Below, piece after piece: positions 44,937 through 52,712 of a stretch of DNA of 64,000 nt. The notes below the pieces were generated by a model that made no database searches, was not told the origin of the DNA, and saw only the letters and a list, made by a program, of their open reading frames with translations. The stretch is from positions 2,534 to 66,533 of the forward strand of contig JAYUZR010000035.1 in NCBI GenBank assembly GCA_043751595.1. The letters are read 5' to 3'. Numbering within the stretch: position 1 is the first letter of the stretch; each line of letters starts with the position of its first letter. The DNA comes from Candidatus Berkelbacteria bacterium (GTDB lineage: Bacteria > Patescibacteriota > UBA1384 > CAILIB01). The translations under genes and the position numbers were made by a program.

Positions 44937-46094
44937 CTACTTTCCAGGCCCATCTACCCGATAGAACAATGCTTCATCCTCCTGCTGCCTCCCACACTTA
45001 ACAGCATCAATCGCTGCGATAACTTGCGCAATGGATGAATCCCCCACAAGCTCACCCTTAAGCTTCTTCATTTTTTTCTGAAGTTGATCAGTTGATACCG
45101 TCTTAGTTTGATCATCTTCATATACATACTTCAAAGCATAATGACCTTTGTAGGTATTTAGCTTTTTGCGATGCACCTGAAGCTCACCATTGGTGCATCT
45201 ACATGTATTATGCAGTCTTAAGCAGCTGCAACTAGATTCTAAGCCAATAACCCAAGGTGAATCCGTACTAAGTCTTTCGTGTAAAGCATGTTGAAAAGAT
45301 GTACCAACACTGGATAACTGGCTAAGCAGAAGAGTTTCGTGGGAACCTGCAGACCGAACACTTTTAACCAGAGTAGTAACTGCACCGAATTGGGAAAGCT
45401 CTATTGTAGGCTGATCAGCCAATGCCTGCACCAGTTGTTTAAGTACTGATCTTTGTGGGAAGGGGAGATCTATGATTAGGATAGGCTGCTTAGCCAAGTA
45501 TGCAATCTGCAGCGCGCGAAACAACCCGACTGGAACTTCAATCAACTCACCACTGGAACTTATGACTGGATCGCTAGGCTTCTCTAAATAACCTAAAGCT
45601 TCGGACAAGGCTGATACTTGCTTTCCAAGTTTTAGTGAGCCCCTAACCTTAGGTAGTACAACTTTTTTTGAGGTGGTTAGTTGACCCAGCGCTTGCTCAA
45701 AAGCCGGCTCTAGGTAGACTGAGCCGTTCAAATGCAGTGAGCCAAGCAAGGCGGGGGAACTAGATGGTAGTTTTTTATTCTGAACCAGATACCACAGGGC
45801 AACCGCAATGGGCAGCTCCAAAGAAGTAGTATGTTCAAGCGAGTACTCAGAATACACACTTACGGTAACTCGAACCAAAGGAAGGGCTAATCCTAAGGTG
45901 CGCAGCGTGGCCCGCACCTTTTCTCGTATATTCCTGCCTTGCCCGGGGCTTATCCCAATCACATTAAACACTGGCATTCCGGGATTAATAACCACCTCAA
46001 TTGATACCGGAACCAGCCCCTGAGAGGCCAGCGCATAACTACTTAGTTGAATATACTTTTGCATAGGCAGGTTATACAGTTGCTGCCTTTTCAC
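44937..46094 (-). CDS. YifB/ComM-like protein with a Lon-like N-terminal domain but no Walker A (probable pseudo-ATPase), plus a C-terminal Cys cluster
   Basis: N-terminus VSIEVVINPGMPVFNVIGISPGQGRNIREKVRATLRTLGL...LPIAVAL matches the ChlI/YifB N-domain. No GxxGxGKT motif. C-terminal CSCLRLHNTCRC. Flanked by two tRNA genes. Confidence 0.4.
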   Translation of the reverse strand: MKRQQLYNLPMQKYIQLSSYALASQGLVPVSIEVVINPGMPVFNVIGISPGQGRNIREKVRATLRTLGLALPLVRVTVSVYSEYSLEHTTSLELPIAVALWYLVQNKKLPSSSPALLGSLHLNGSVYLEPAFEQALGQLTTSKKVVLPKVRGSLKLGKQVSALSEALGYLEKPSDPVISSSGELIEVPVGLFRALQIAYLAKQPILIIDLPFPQRSVLKQLVQALADQPTIELSQFGAVTTLVKSVRSAGSHETLLLSQLSSVGTSFQHALHERLSTDSPWVIGLESSCSCLRLHNTCRCTNGELQVHRKKLNTYKGHYALKYVYEDDQTKTVSTDQLQKKMKKLKGELVGDSSIAQVIAAIDAVKCGRQQEDEALFYRVDGPGK

Positions 46095-46178
46095 TTTCCA
46101 GGCTATGCAAGGATTCTGGCCGTTTGCATAGCCCTCGACACCCTCATCCCAATCTGGTAAGGTCTCTCTCGACTGGCG

Positions 46179-46263
46179 AGCCGCGATGGCGGAATGGTAT
46201 ACGCACTAGGTTGAGGGCCTAGCCCAGCAATGGGGTGAGGGTTCGAGTCCCTCTCGCGGCACC
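46179..46263 (+). tRNA. tRNA-Leu (GAG), class II, CCA encoded
   Basis: GCCGCGA...anticodon loop TTGAGGG, long variable arm, TCGCGGC-A-CCA. Confidence 0.85.
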
Positions 46264-46280
46264 AGTATTTTAGTTACACC

Positions 46281-46679
46281 ATGACACTTAGCAATTATTG
46301 GTCGTTTCAAAATCTGTTTGCGTACCGACCACTTCTTCAGTGGCCGTTGCAGTGGTGGTATGTTGGCATGCTGGCACTTCTCCTCGTTGTGCTCGTAGTT
46401 AGCTTTATCATCCGCAAAAAGATTGGCCAAGAAGTTGCTTCGCTCCTTATCAATTTTTGTCTTACCAATCTCTTCTGGGGAGGTATTCTCTACTTCTTCA
46501 GAGTCCAGCGTATTCCACTCTTCGGAATGGATATCTGGCGCCTCTTGCAAGAACTAAGCATGGCTATCTACCTTGGTGTTGCACTTCCTGCTACCATCAG
46601 AGCAGCTCGAATTAACAAACAAGAGCAGAAGCAGGTTGCAGCTAAAGAAAAGTACCTACCCAAGCCAAAGAAAGCCTAA
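46281..46679 (+). CDS. Small hypothetical membrane protein (3 TM helices, Lys-rich tail)
   Basis: ORF with hydrophobic helices upstream of rpsA. Confidence 0.35.
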   Translation: MTLSNYWSFQNLFAYRPLLQWPLQWWYVGMLALLLVVLVVSFIIRKKIGQEVASLLINFCLTNLFWGGILYFFRVQRIPLFGMDIWRLLQELSMAIYLGVALPATIRAARINKQEQKQVAAKEKYLPKPKKA

Positions 46680-46773
46680 GTCGGTCTGCATACATTGATC
46701 ACTCGCCTACTCGAGTCATTGCGTATGCCGATCGCCCTCAGGGCGGCGCAGAAGAAAGGGTTATTTATAACCT

Positions 46774-48006
46774 ATGGCCCAATCAGCCAAAACAACTGAT
46801 GTCTCTATGGCATCCCTCCTCAAGGAACTAGGAGGTAAAGCAGTACCATTCGTTCCCGGTGCAGTCGTCGAAGGCACCGTTATGTCATCCTCCGCAAACC
46901 GAGTCTGGGTAGATATCGGTGGCGTTGCTGTTGGTGTTATTCCTGAGCGTGAGCTTTCGGTCCTTTCGTCCGATCTCAAGCCAGGTGATCCCATCACCGC
47001 TTCAGTCCTCGTACTAGAAGACAACCGTGGAAACATGGTTCTTTCTCTACGCCGTGCTGATCGCGAGCGCATCGTCAACGAGCTTACCTCTCGCGCTAAG
47101 GATGGTGAATCTATGCAGGTTAAGGTTTCCGATGTTAACAAGGGCGGCCTCTTGATCGAACTTGGTGACTTCACTGGATTCCTACCTGTATCTCAGCTTG
47201 CTACCGAACACTATCCACGTGTTGAAAACGGTAACACGGATGAAATCTATGCTCGCCTCAAAGAGTTGCATGGCCAAATGCTTACGGTTAAGGTTCTTAC
47301 CTTCGATCAACAGCAGGGCAAGCTTATCTTCTCCGAGAAGGCAGCTGGAGACGCTATTCAGGAAGCTAAGCTTACCAAGATCAAAGAAGGCGATATCCTT
47401 GAAGGAAACATCACTGGTATTGTCGATTTCGGTATCTTTGTTCGCCTTGGCGATCCAGAGAACTCCCTTGAGGGATTGGTTCACATCTCCGAAATTGCTT
47501 GGGGACGTGTCACCGATATCTCATCTCTCTACAATGTGGCAGACACCGTTAAGGTATTGGTAGTTTCTACCGCCGATAACCGCGTATCGCTCTCCATCAA
47601 GCGTTTGCAGCCAGATCCTTGGCAGCAAGCCGCTCAGAAGTACTCAGTAGACGATACTGTTTCTGGTCAGGTAACTCGCATCACTCCATTCGGAGTATTC
47701 GTTCGCCTCGACGCTGAGATCGATGGATTGGTTCACATTTCCGAGATCTCAAGTGAGCGCATTACCGATCCAGGTAGCGTACTGCACATCGGCGAAACCT
47801 TTGAGTTCAAGATCATCTCGATCGATCCTCAACAGCACCGCCTTGGTCTTTCTTACAAGCGCCTACACGAACCAGAAGCACCTAAGGGTGAAGATGGCGA
47901 AGCTAAGCCAAAGAAGAAAGCTAAGCGCAAGCTAGCCGAGACGGCAGAAGTTACTGAAGTGGCAGAACCTGCCGCTGAAACTCCTGAAGAAGTTGTAGCT
48001 GCCTAG
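46774..48006 (+). CDS. rpsA: 30S ribosomal protein S1 (four S1 domains, Lys/Glu-rich tail)
   Basis: Repeated S1 OB folds (GAVVEGTV..VWVDIGG, GDILEGNITGIVDFGIFVRL, DTVSGQVTRITPFGVFVRL). Confidence 0.85.
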   Translation: MAQSAKTTDVSMASLLKELGGKAVPFVPGAVVEGTVMSSSANRVWVDIGGVAVGVIPERELSVLSSDLKPGDPITASVLVLEDNRGNMVLSLRRADRERIVNELTSRAKDGESMQVKVSDVNKGGLLIELGDFTGFLPVSQLATEHYPRVENGNTDEIYARLKELHGQMLTVKVLTFDQQQGKLIFSEKAAGDAIQEAKLTKIKEGDILEGNITGIVDFGIFVRLGDPENSLEGLVHISEIAWGRVTDISSLYNVADTVKVLVVSTADNRVSLSIKRLQPDPWQQAAQKYSVDDTVSGQVTRITPFGVFVRLDAEIDGLVHISEISSERITDPGSVLHIGETFEFKIISIDPQQHRLGLSYKRLHEPEAPKGEDGEAKPKKKAKRKLAETAEVTEVAEPAAETPEEVVAA

Positions 48007-48007
48007 T

Positions 48008-48475
48008 ATGCAGATTACACGCACCCCTGATGGGTCCGTACGCCTTGAGAGTAAGCCAACTTGGCTTACTCTCGGCGTTTCTGTCACCCTTCACGACCAA
48101 GATCTTCATGGGCCTGGTGAATACGATATCACCGGCATTCAGTGCCAGCAGTTGTACCTTGGCAAAGGAAAGATCAGCATCATTCGTCTCGAAGATCTGA
48201 TTATTTCTTACGTTGAAGGTTACGACACCGCTATCGCTAAGGCCGAGGGAGTATCCAACACCCATCTCCTCGTTGTTCGTACCGATGCTCTTACCAGTAT
48301 CGATCAGCTACGTGCCCTTATTAAGGAGCTCGACCCTGGATACGTACTCTTAACTGGTAGTAACCACAAAGAGTTTGAAGAGGCGGCTGGTCTTTCTCTT
48401 CAGACTGGTTCTACCCTTAAGGTAACCAATGCTAGCCTTCCTCAAGAAGGCTGCCTTCTGGCTACTCTCGCGTAG
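48008..48475 (+). CDS. Hypothetical protein
   Basis: A 155-aa ORF tightly packed between rpsA and the DHH gene. Confidence 0.35.
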   Translation: MQITRTPDGSVRLESKPTWLTLGVSVTLHDQDLHGPGEYDITGIQCQQLYLGKGKISIIRLEDLIISYVEGYDTAIAKAEGVSNTHLLVVRTDALTSIDQLRALIKELDPGYVLLTGSNHKEFEEAAGLSLQTGSTLKVTNASLPQEGCLLATLA

Positions 48476-48481
48476 GCGATT

Positions 48482-49435
48482 ATGCAGCTTCCATTACGCC
48501 TGCTCACCCCTGGTGAGCAGGTTGTGTTAATTTCCCACATCAACCCCGATGGCGACGCAGTAGGTTCTTTGCTCGCCCTTGCTTTGGTCCTTAAAAACCT
48601 AGGGTGGAAGGAAGTTATCCCGGTACTGAGTGATGGCGTGCCAAGTAGCTTTAACTACCTCCCGCTTAGTAAGGCGGTTATCCGAGAAGTCCCGCTCCAC
48701 GCTGATTACTGCATACTTCTTGATGCCAACGAAACAAGTCGATCTGGCCAGCATGATGCTCTGCAGCAGTACCTGGCTACCGACCGTCTTATCGTGATTG
48801 ATCATCACCCGCCTACGCAGCTTATCAATCGAGCAGTTGATCACCTTCACCAGGTAGATATTTCCTCAACCTGCGAAATACTGTACACCGCCTTTCGCGC
48901 ATCTAAGATTAAGATTACTGCAGAGATTGCCACCTGCCTCCTCACTGGCATCTTTACTGATACTGGTGGATACCATCACAGCAACACTCGCAATGAGACC
49001 CTTGAAGCCTGTGGCTTTTTGATGCGCTGTGGGGGGCGACTTGATCAAGTAGTAAGTAACTTAGTACAAGGTAAAACCTTAAGTAGTTTACGCCTCCTCG
49101 GGATTGCCCTTGAGCGAGTCACTATTACCTCCAAGGGGCGCTGTGCAGTAACCGCGCTTACTCAAGCAGACATCGAGGGTACCCAGGCTACAGCTGCTGA
49201 TATTAGCGGTATCGTGGGCCATCTCGCCATGCTGCCAGGGGTTAAGTGCGCACTCCTCATTAGTGAGTTTACACCGGGGATTGTACGCGGCTCCCTACGT
49301 ACCACAGAAGGCTCTACAGCCGACGTTGAGCGTCTAGCTAAGTTACTAGGAGGTGGAGGCCATAAGAAGGCGGCTGGATTCTCTGTGTATGGCCATATTG
49401 AAGTAAGGGGGCAAACCTGGAAGGTGGTTGCCTAA
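48482..49435 (+). CDS. DHH/DHHA1 phosphoesterase (second NrnA-like paralog)
   Basis: ISHINPDGDAVGS, VIDHHPPTQ and GGGGHKKAAGF. Confidence 0.6.
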   Translation: MQLPLRLLTPGEQVVLISHINPDGDAVGSLLALALVLKNLGWKEVIPVLSDGVPSSFNYLPLSKAVIREVPLHADYCILLDANETSRSGQHDALQQYLATDRLIVIDHHPPTQLINRAVDHLHQVDISSTCEILYTAFRASKIKITAEIATCLLTGIFTDTGGYHHSNTRNETLEACGFLMRCGGRLDQVVSNLVQGKTLSSLRLLGIALERVTITSKGRCAVTALTQADIEGTQATAADISGIVGHLAMLPGVKCALLISEFTPGIVRGSLRTTEGSTADVERLAKLLGGGGHKKAAGFSVYGHIEVRGQTWKVVA

Positions 49436-49478
49436 CCTAAGGCAAATCGCTAGTATTCCAGTCGGTATCGGTTTATGT

Positions 49479-49564
49479 GCCACGGTGGTGGAACGGTTAT
49501 ACACGGCGGACTTAAAATCCGCTGAGCCTAGCTCTTGCGGGTTCGAATCCCGCCCGTGGTACCA
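49479..49564 (+). tRNA. tRNA-Leu (TAA), class II, CCA encoded
   Basis: GCCACGG...anticodon loop CTTAAAA, variable arm GAGCctaGCTC, T-loop TTCGAAT, CCGTGGT-A-CCA with a G1-U72 wobble. Confidence 0.8.
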
Positions 49565-49592
49565 GCCAAGTCCTTTGGGACTTGGCTTTTTT
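49565..49592 (+). terminator. Rho-independent terminator after tRNA-Leu
   Basis: GCCAAGTCC-tttg-GGACTTGGC followed by TTTTTT. Confidence 0.65.
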
Positions 49593-49605
49593 AGTATCAA
49601 CGTAT

Positions 49606-49634
49606 TTGTTGGAAGACTTCACCCGCGGTATACT
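49606..49634 (+). promoter_or_regulatory. Candidate sigma70-like promoter of the T4SS-like operon (TTGTTG, 17 nt, TATACT)
   Basis: Read from the sequence between the terminator and the first operon gene. No SD sequence ahead of the first ATG. Confidence 0.3.
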
Positions 49635-49670
49635 ATTCGTGTGCAATTCCAGGTCCCCCAGAACATCACG

Positions 49671-50102
49671 ATGGAAGATAAAATCATCGGGCCACTCAGC
49701 CCGATCCAGTTTGGTATCGTCACCATTGGGGGCTTAGCCGCTTTTGTTATCTTTAGTTCAGATGGCCTGCCCAGTCCCATTAACAAAATAATCGGATTTT
49801 TTCTGGCCATGATCACCCTAGCCCTAGCAATGGGTAAGTTTAACGATCAACCACTCTACTCGTTCACTAAGTACATTATCCTTTTTGTTACCTCACCCAA
49901 GACCAGGGTTTGGAAAAAGAATGGGGGAATGGAGCCCGTTCTTGTTAAGCCTACACAGCGCTCTGGAGCAGCTGATCAAGCCAAGGTGATCAAGCACGTA
50001 CGCAAAAACGATATTGCCCAACTTGCCACTATTCTTGATAGCCGCGGTACGGTAGGGAAGAGCCCCACCATCGCAACCAGTAGAGGGACGACAAAATCAT
50101 GA
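49671..50102 (+). CDS. VirB3-like small membrane protein (PrgI/ConD-like) of a Gram-positive-type T4SS
   Basis: Two TM helices (PIQFGIVTIGGLAAFVIF; IIGFFLAMITLALAM). Lies immediately upstream of, and overlaps (ATGA), the VirB4 N-domain gene. The longer ORF start overlaps tRNA-Leu and was rejected. Confidence 0.4.
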   Translation: MEDKIIGPLSPIQFGIVTIGGLAAFVIFSSDGLPSPINKIIGFFLAMITLALAMGKFNDQPLYSFTKYIILFVTSPKTRVWKKNGGMEPVLVKPTQRSGAADQAKVIKHVRKNDIAQLATILDSRGTVGKSPTIATSRGTTKS

Positions 50103-50887
50103 GCGCAGCTGGAGCCTCCACCCAAGACCACCTACCTGTCGCAGGTATCCAGGATGGGGTAGTAATCATGAACGACACTTCAGTACGCGCCATCTTACGG
50201 GTGCAACCGATTAACTTTGAACTAAAGTCAGAGGCCGAGCAAAACGCCATCATCTACAGCTACCAATCCTTCCTCAACTCACTCGATTTCCCGGTTGAGA
50301 TTGTTATTAATTCTAAGAAGCTCGATCTTGAGCGCTACCTACGCAAACTGGAAGAGCAAAAGAAAAATCTTTCAAGCGATCTTCTTAGAATCCAGATCGA
50401 AGATTACGTAAACTTTGTCAGGCGCCTTATCACGATTGCCAACATTATGGCTAAGCGCTTCTACGTAGTAGTAAGTTACGCTGCAGTTACAGGCGCCAAG
50501 GCATCGAGTGGATTCTCTCTTAGTACGGTACTAGGTATTGGTGGCGGAAATACTCAGGCAACTCTCTATCAAGACCAGTTTGATCGCTACAAGGCAGAGC
50601 TAGGCAATAGGGCTAACATTGTTTCTGCCGGGCTTACTCGCGTAGGTTTAAGGGTTGAACCCCTTACCACTCAAGAGATTATCGAGCTCCTCTATGGTGC
50701 TTATAACCCCGACATTGCCCAAGAAGAGCGGCTTACTGATGTGTCTGCCCTTAGTGCTGGTATCGTATCATCCGAGAACGTTGCACCACCCTTGGAACAA
50801 GCTGCAGAAGTTCCTCCAGTAGCCGTGCCAGAGGCTGCCCCTGCTCAACCAACCGCCAATCCACCACAACAGCCACCAGCTGTATAG
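50099..50887 (+). CDS. VirB4/TraC-like N-terminal domain, ending at an in-frame TAG 6 nt before the ATPase ORF
   Basis: VAGIQDGVVIMNDTSVRAILRVQPINFELKSEAEQNAIIYSYQSFLNSL matches the CagE/TrbE/VirB4 N-domain. It ends in a Pro-rich linker, and the next ORF is in the same frame. Confidence 0.55.
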   Translation: MSAAGASTQDHLPVAGIQDGVVIMNDTSVRAILRVQPINFELKSEAEQNAIIYSYQSFLNSLDFPVEIVINSKKLDLERYLRKLEEQKKNLSSDLLRIQIEDYVNFVRRLITIANIMAKRFYVVVSYAAVTGAKASSGFSLSTVLGIGGGNTQATLYQDQFDRYKAELGNRANIVSAGLTRVGLRVEPLTTQEIIELLYGAYNPDIAQEERLTDVSALSAGIVSSENVAPPLEQAAEVPPVAVPEAAPAQPTANPPQQPPAV

Positions 50888-50893
50888 CCGACT

Positions 50894-52693
50894 ATGCGCC
50901 TACTCTCCTTTCTTCACCCCGATTCCAGCGATTCTAACGCGCAGGCTGCCGAGCAGGCGGCTATGGCTACGTATCAGCAGGGACTCACTACCACGCGTGA
51001 TATTATTGCCCCCTCTGATTTCATTGTAACTTCCAACTATCTTCAGCTTGGAAGCTACTATGTGCGCACCCTGTTTGTGTACACCTACCCAAGGTTCTTA
51101 AACACCAACTGGCTCTCCCCAATCATCAACTACGATCTTACGATGGATATTGGGATGTATATTCATCCTCAGAATGTCCAGGAGGTAATGGGATCACTAC
51201 GCCGTAAGCTTTCTCAGCTAGAATCTACCCGCCAGATCAACGAAGAAAAGGGACAAGTTCGTGATCCAGAAATTGATCTCGCCATCAGCAACATTGATCA
51301 ACTCCGCGATAGCCTGGCCCAGGGGACTAATCGCCTATTCCAATACGGCCTCTACTTCACTATTTACGCAAAAAGCGTAGACGAGTTATCAACCTTATCA
51401 AAGCAGATCTCATCTACCCTTGGTGGAATGCTTATCTATACCAAAGAGGCACTTGTACAGATGGAACAGGGTTTTACCGCCACTCTCCCACTGGCTAAAG
51501 ACGAGCTTAACATTCAGAGAAACCTGGACACTGGCTCACTCTCTACCACCTTCCCATTCACAACAGCCGAGCTGACCTCCGACGAAGGAATCTTGTACGG
51601 CATTAACCGCCACAACGACTCATTAATTCTGTTCGATCGGTTCAATCTTAATAACGCAAACTCGGTAGTATTCGCTACGTCTGGTGCAGGAAAATCCTAC
51701 TTTATTAAGCTAGAGATTCTGCGTTACATGATGCTTGGCACCGATGTAATCGTTATCGACCCAGAGAACGAATACAAAGCCTTAGTAGACGCAGTAGGTG
51801 GAAGCTACCTAGAAATTAGCCTTAATGCACCCAAGCGCATTAATCCTTTCGATCTTCCGACCACGGTGCATCCAGAAGATGCAAACGAAGATGTCCTTAG
51901 AAGCAATATCACCAGCCTCCACGGCCTGATCAGACTAATGGCTGGGGGATTAACCCCGGAAGAAGATTCAGTCCTGGATAAAGCCCTGTACGAGGTATAC
52001 GCCCTTAAAGATATTACCTCCGATCCTTCTACCTATAAGAATCCACCGCCACTTCTTACTGATCTTATTTCCGTACTGGGTAATCTGCGTGGTGCCGATG
52101 GCCTTGTTCTTCGCCTAGGTAAGTTTGTCGATGGAAGTTATGCCGGTCTCTTTAACCAACCGACCAACTTTAGCCTGAGCGGCGGACTTGTTGTATTCTC
52201 GGTTCGTGATCTAGAAGAAGCACTTCGCCCTATCGCCATCTTCACCATTCTTAACTACATCTGGAATGTAGTGCGCTCCGATCTTAAGCGACGCATCATG
52301 GTAGTAGATGAGGCCTGGTGGATGATGCAATACGAAGACTCTGCCCGCTTCTTGTACGGACTAGCTAAGCGCGCCCGTAAGTACTTCTTGGGTCTTACTA
52401 TTATTTCTCAGGACGTTGAAGACTTCCTCTCAAATAAATACGGAAAGGCGGTAGTGTCTAACTCGGCCATGCAGATCCTCCTAAAGCAATCTACTTCTTC
52501 GATTGAATCAATTGCGGCGGTGTTTAATCTGACCGAGCAAGAAAAGTATTTGCTGATTAACGCTGGAGTGGGCGAAGGCCTTTTCTTTGCCGGGCTGAAC
52601 CATGTAGCCATTAAGGTTACCGCCTCGTATACCGAAGATCAGATTATGACTACTGATCCGAAGCAATTACTCGCAATGCGTGGCTCGCTTTAG
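50894..52693 (+). CDS. VirB4/TrbE/CagE-like T4SS ATPase domain
   Basis: Walker A ATSGAGKSYF, Walker B IMVVDEAWWMM, and the conserved ISQDVEDFL and NSAMQILLKQ blocks. Confidence 0.75.
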   Translation: MRLLSFLHPDSSDSNAQAAEQAAMATYQQGLTTTRDIIAPSDFIVTSNYLQLGSYYVRTLFVYTYPRFLNTNWLSPIINYDLTMDIGMYIHPQNVQEVMGSLRRKLSQLESTRQINEEKGQVRDPEIDLAISNIDQLRDSLAQGTNRLFQYGLYFTIYAKSVDELSTLSKQISSTLGGMLIYTKEALVQMEQGFTATLPLAKDELNIQRNLDTGSLSTTFPFTTAELTSDEGILYGINRHNDSLILFDRFNLNNANSVVFATSGAGKSYFIKLEILRYMMLGTDVIVIDPENEYKALVDAVGGSYLEISLNAPKRINPFDLPTTVHPEDANEDVLRSNITSLHGLIRLMAGGLTPEEDSVLDKALYEVYALKDITSDPSTYKNPPPLLTDLISVLGNLRGADGLVLRLGKFVDGSYAGLFNQPTNFSLSGGLVVFSVRDLEEALRPIAIFTILNYIWNVVRSDLKRRIMVVDEAWWMMQYEDSARFLYGLAKRARKYFLGLTIISQDVEDFLSNKYGKAVVSNSAMQILLKQSTSSIESIAAVFNLTEQEKYLLINAGVGEGLFFAGLNHVAIKVTASYTEDQIMTTDPKQLLAMRGSL

Positions 52694-52712
52694 CGTAGTC
52701 GCCTAGTCAACT

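Noticed and set aside
46206-46550. A 114-aa minus-strand ORF.
   Set aside because: It overlaps tRNA-Leu(GAG) and the plus-strand membrane ORF. No RBS and low-complexity composition.
49428-49670. The long ORF 49428..50102 extends the VirB3-like protein 81 aa upstream.
   Set aside because: The extension overlaps tRNA-Leu(TAA) and its terminator. The start was moved to the ATG at 49671.
50885-50887. The in-frame TAG in VirB4 might be a genome-wide stop-codon reassignment.
   Set aside because: TAG terminates pnp (44683..44685), immediately followed by its intrinsic terminator, and it ends other ORFs. TGA and TAA also end genes (for example the ATGA overlap at 1578). So standard code 11 applies and the VirB4 TAG is a local event.
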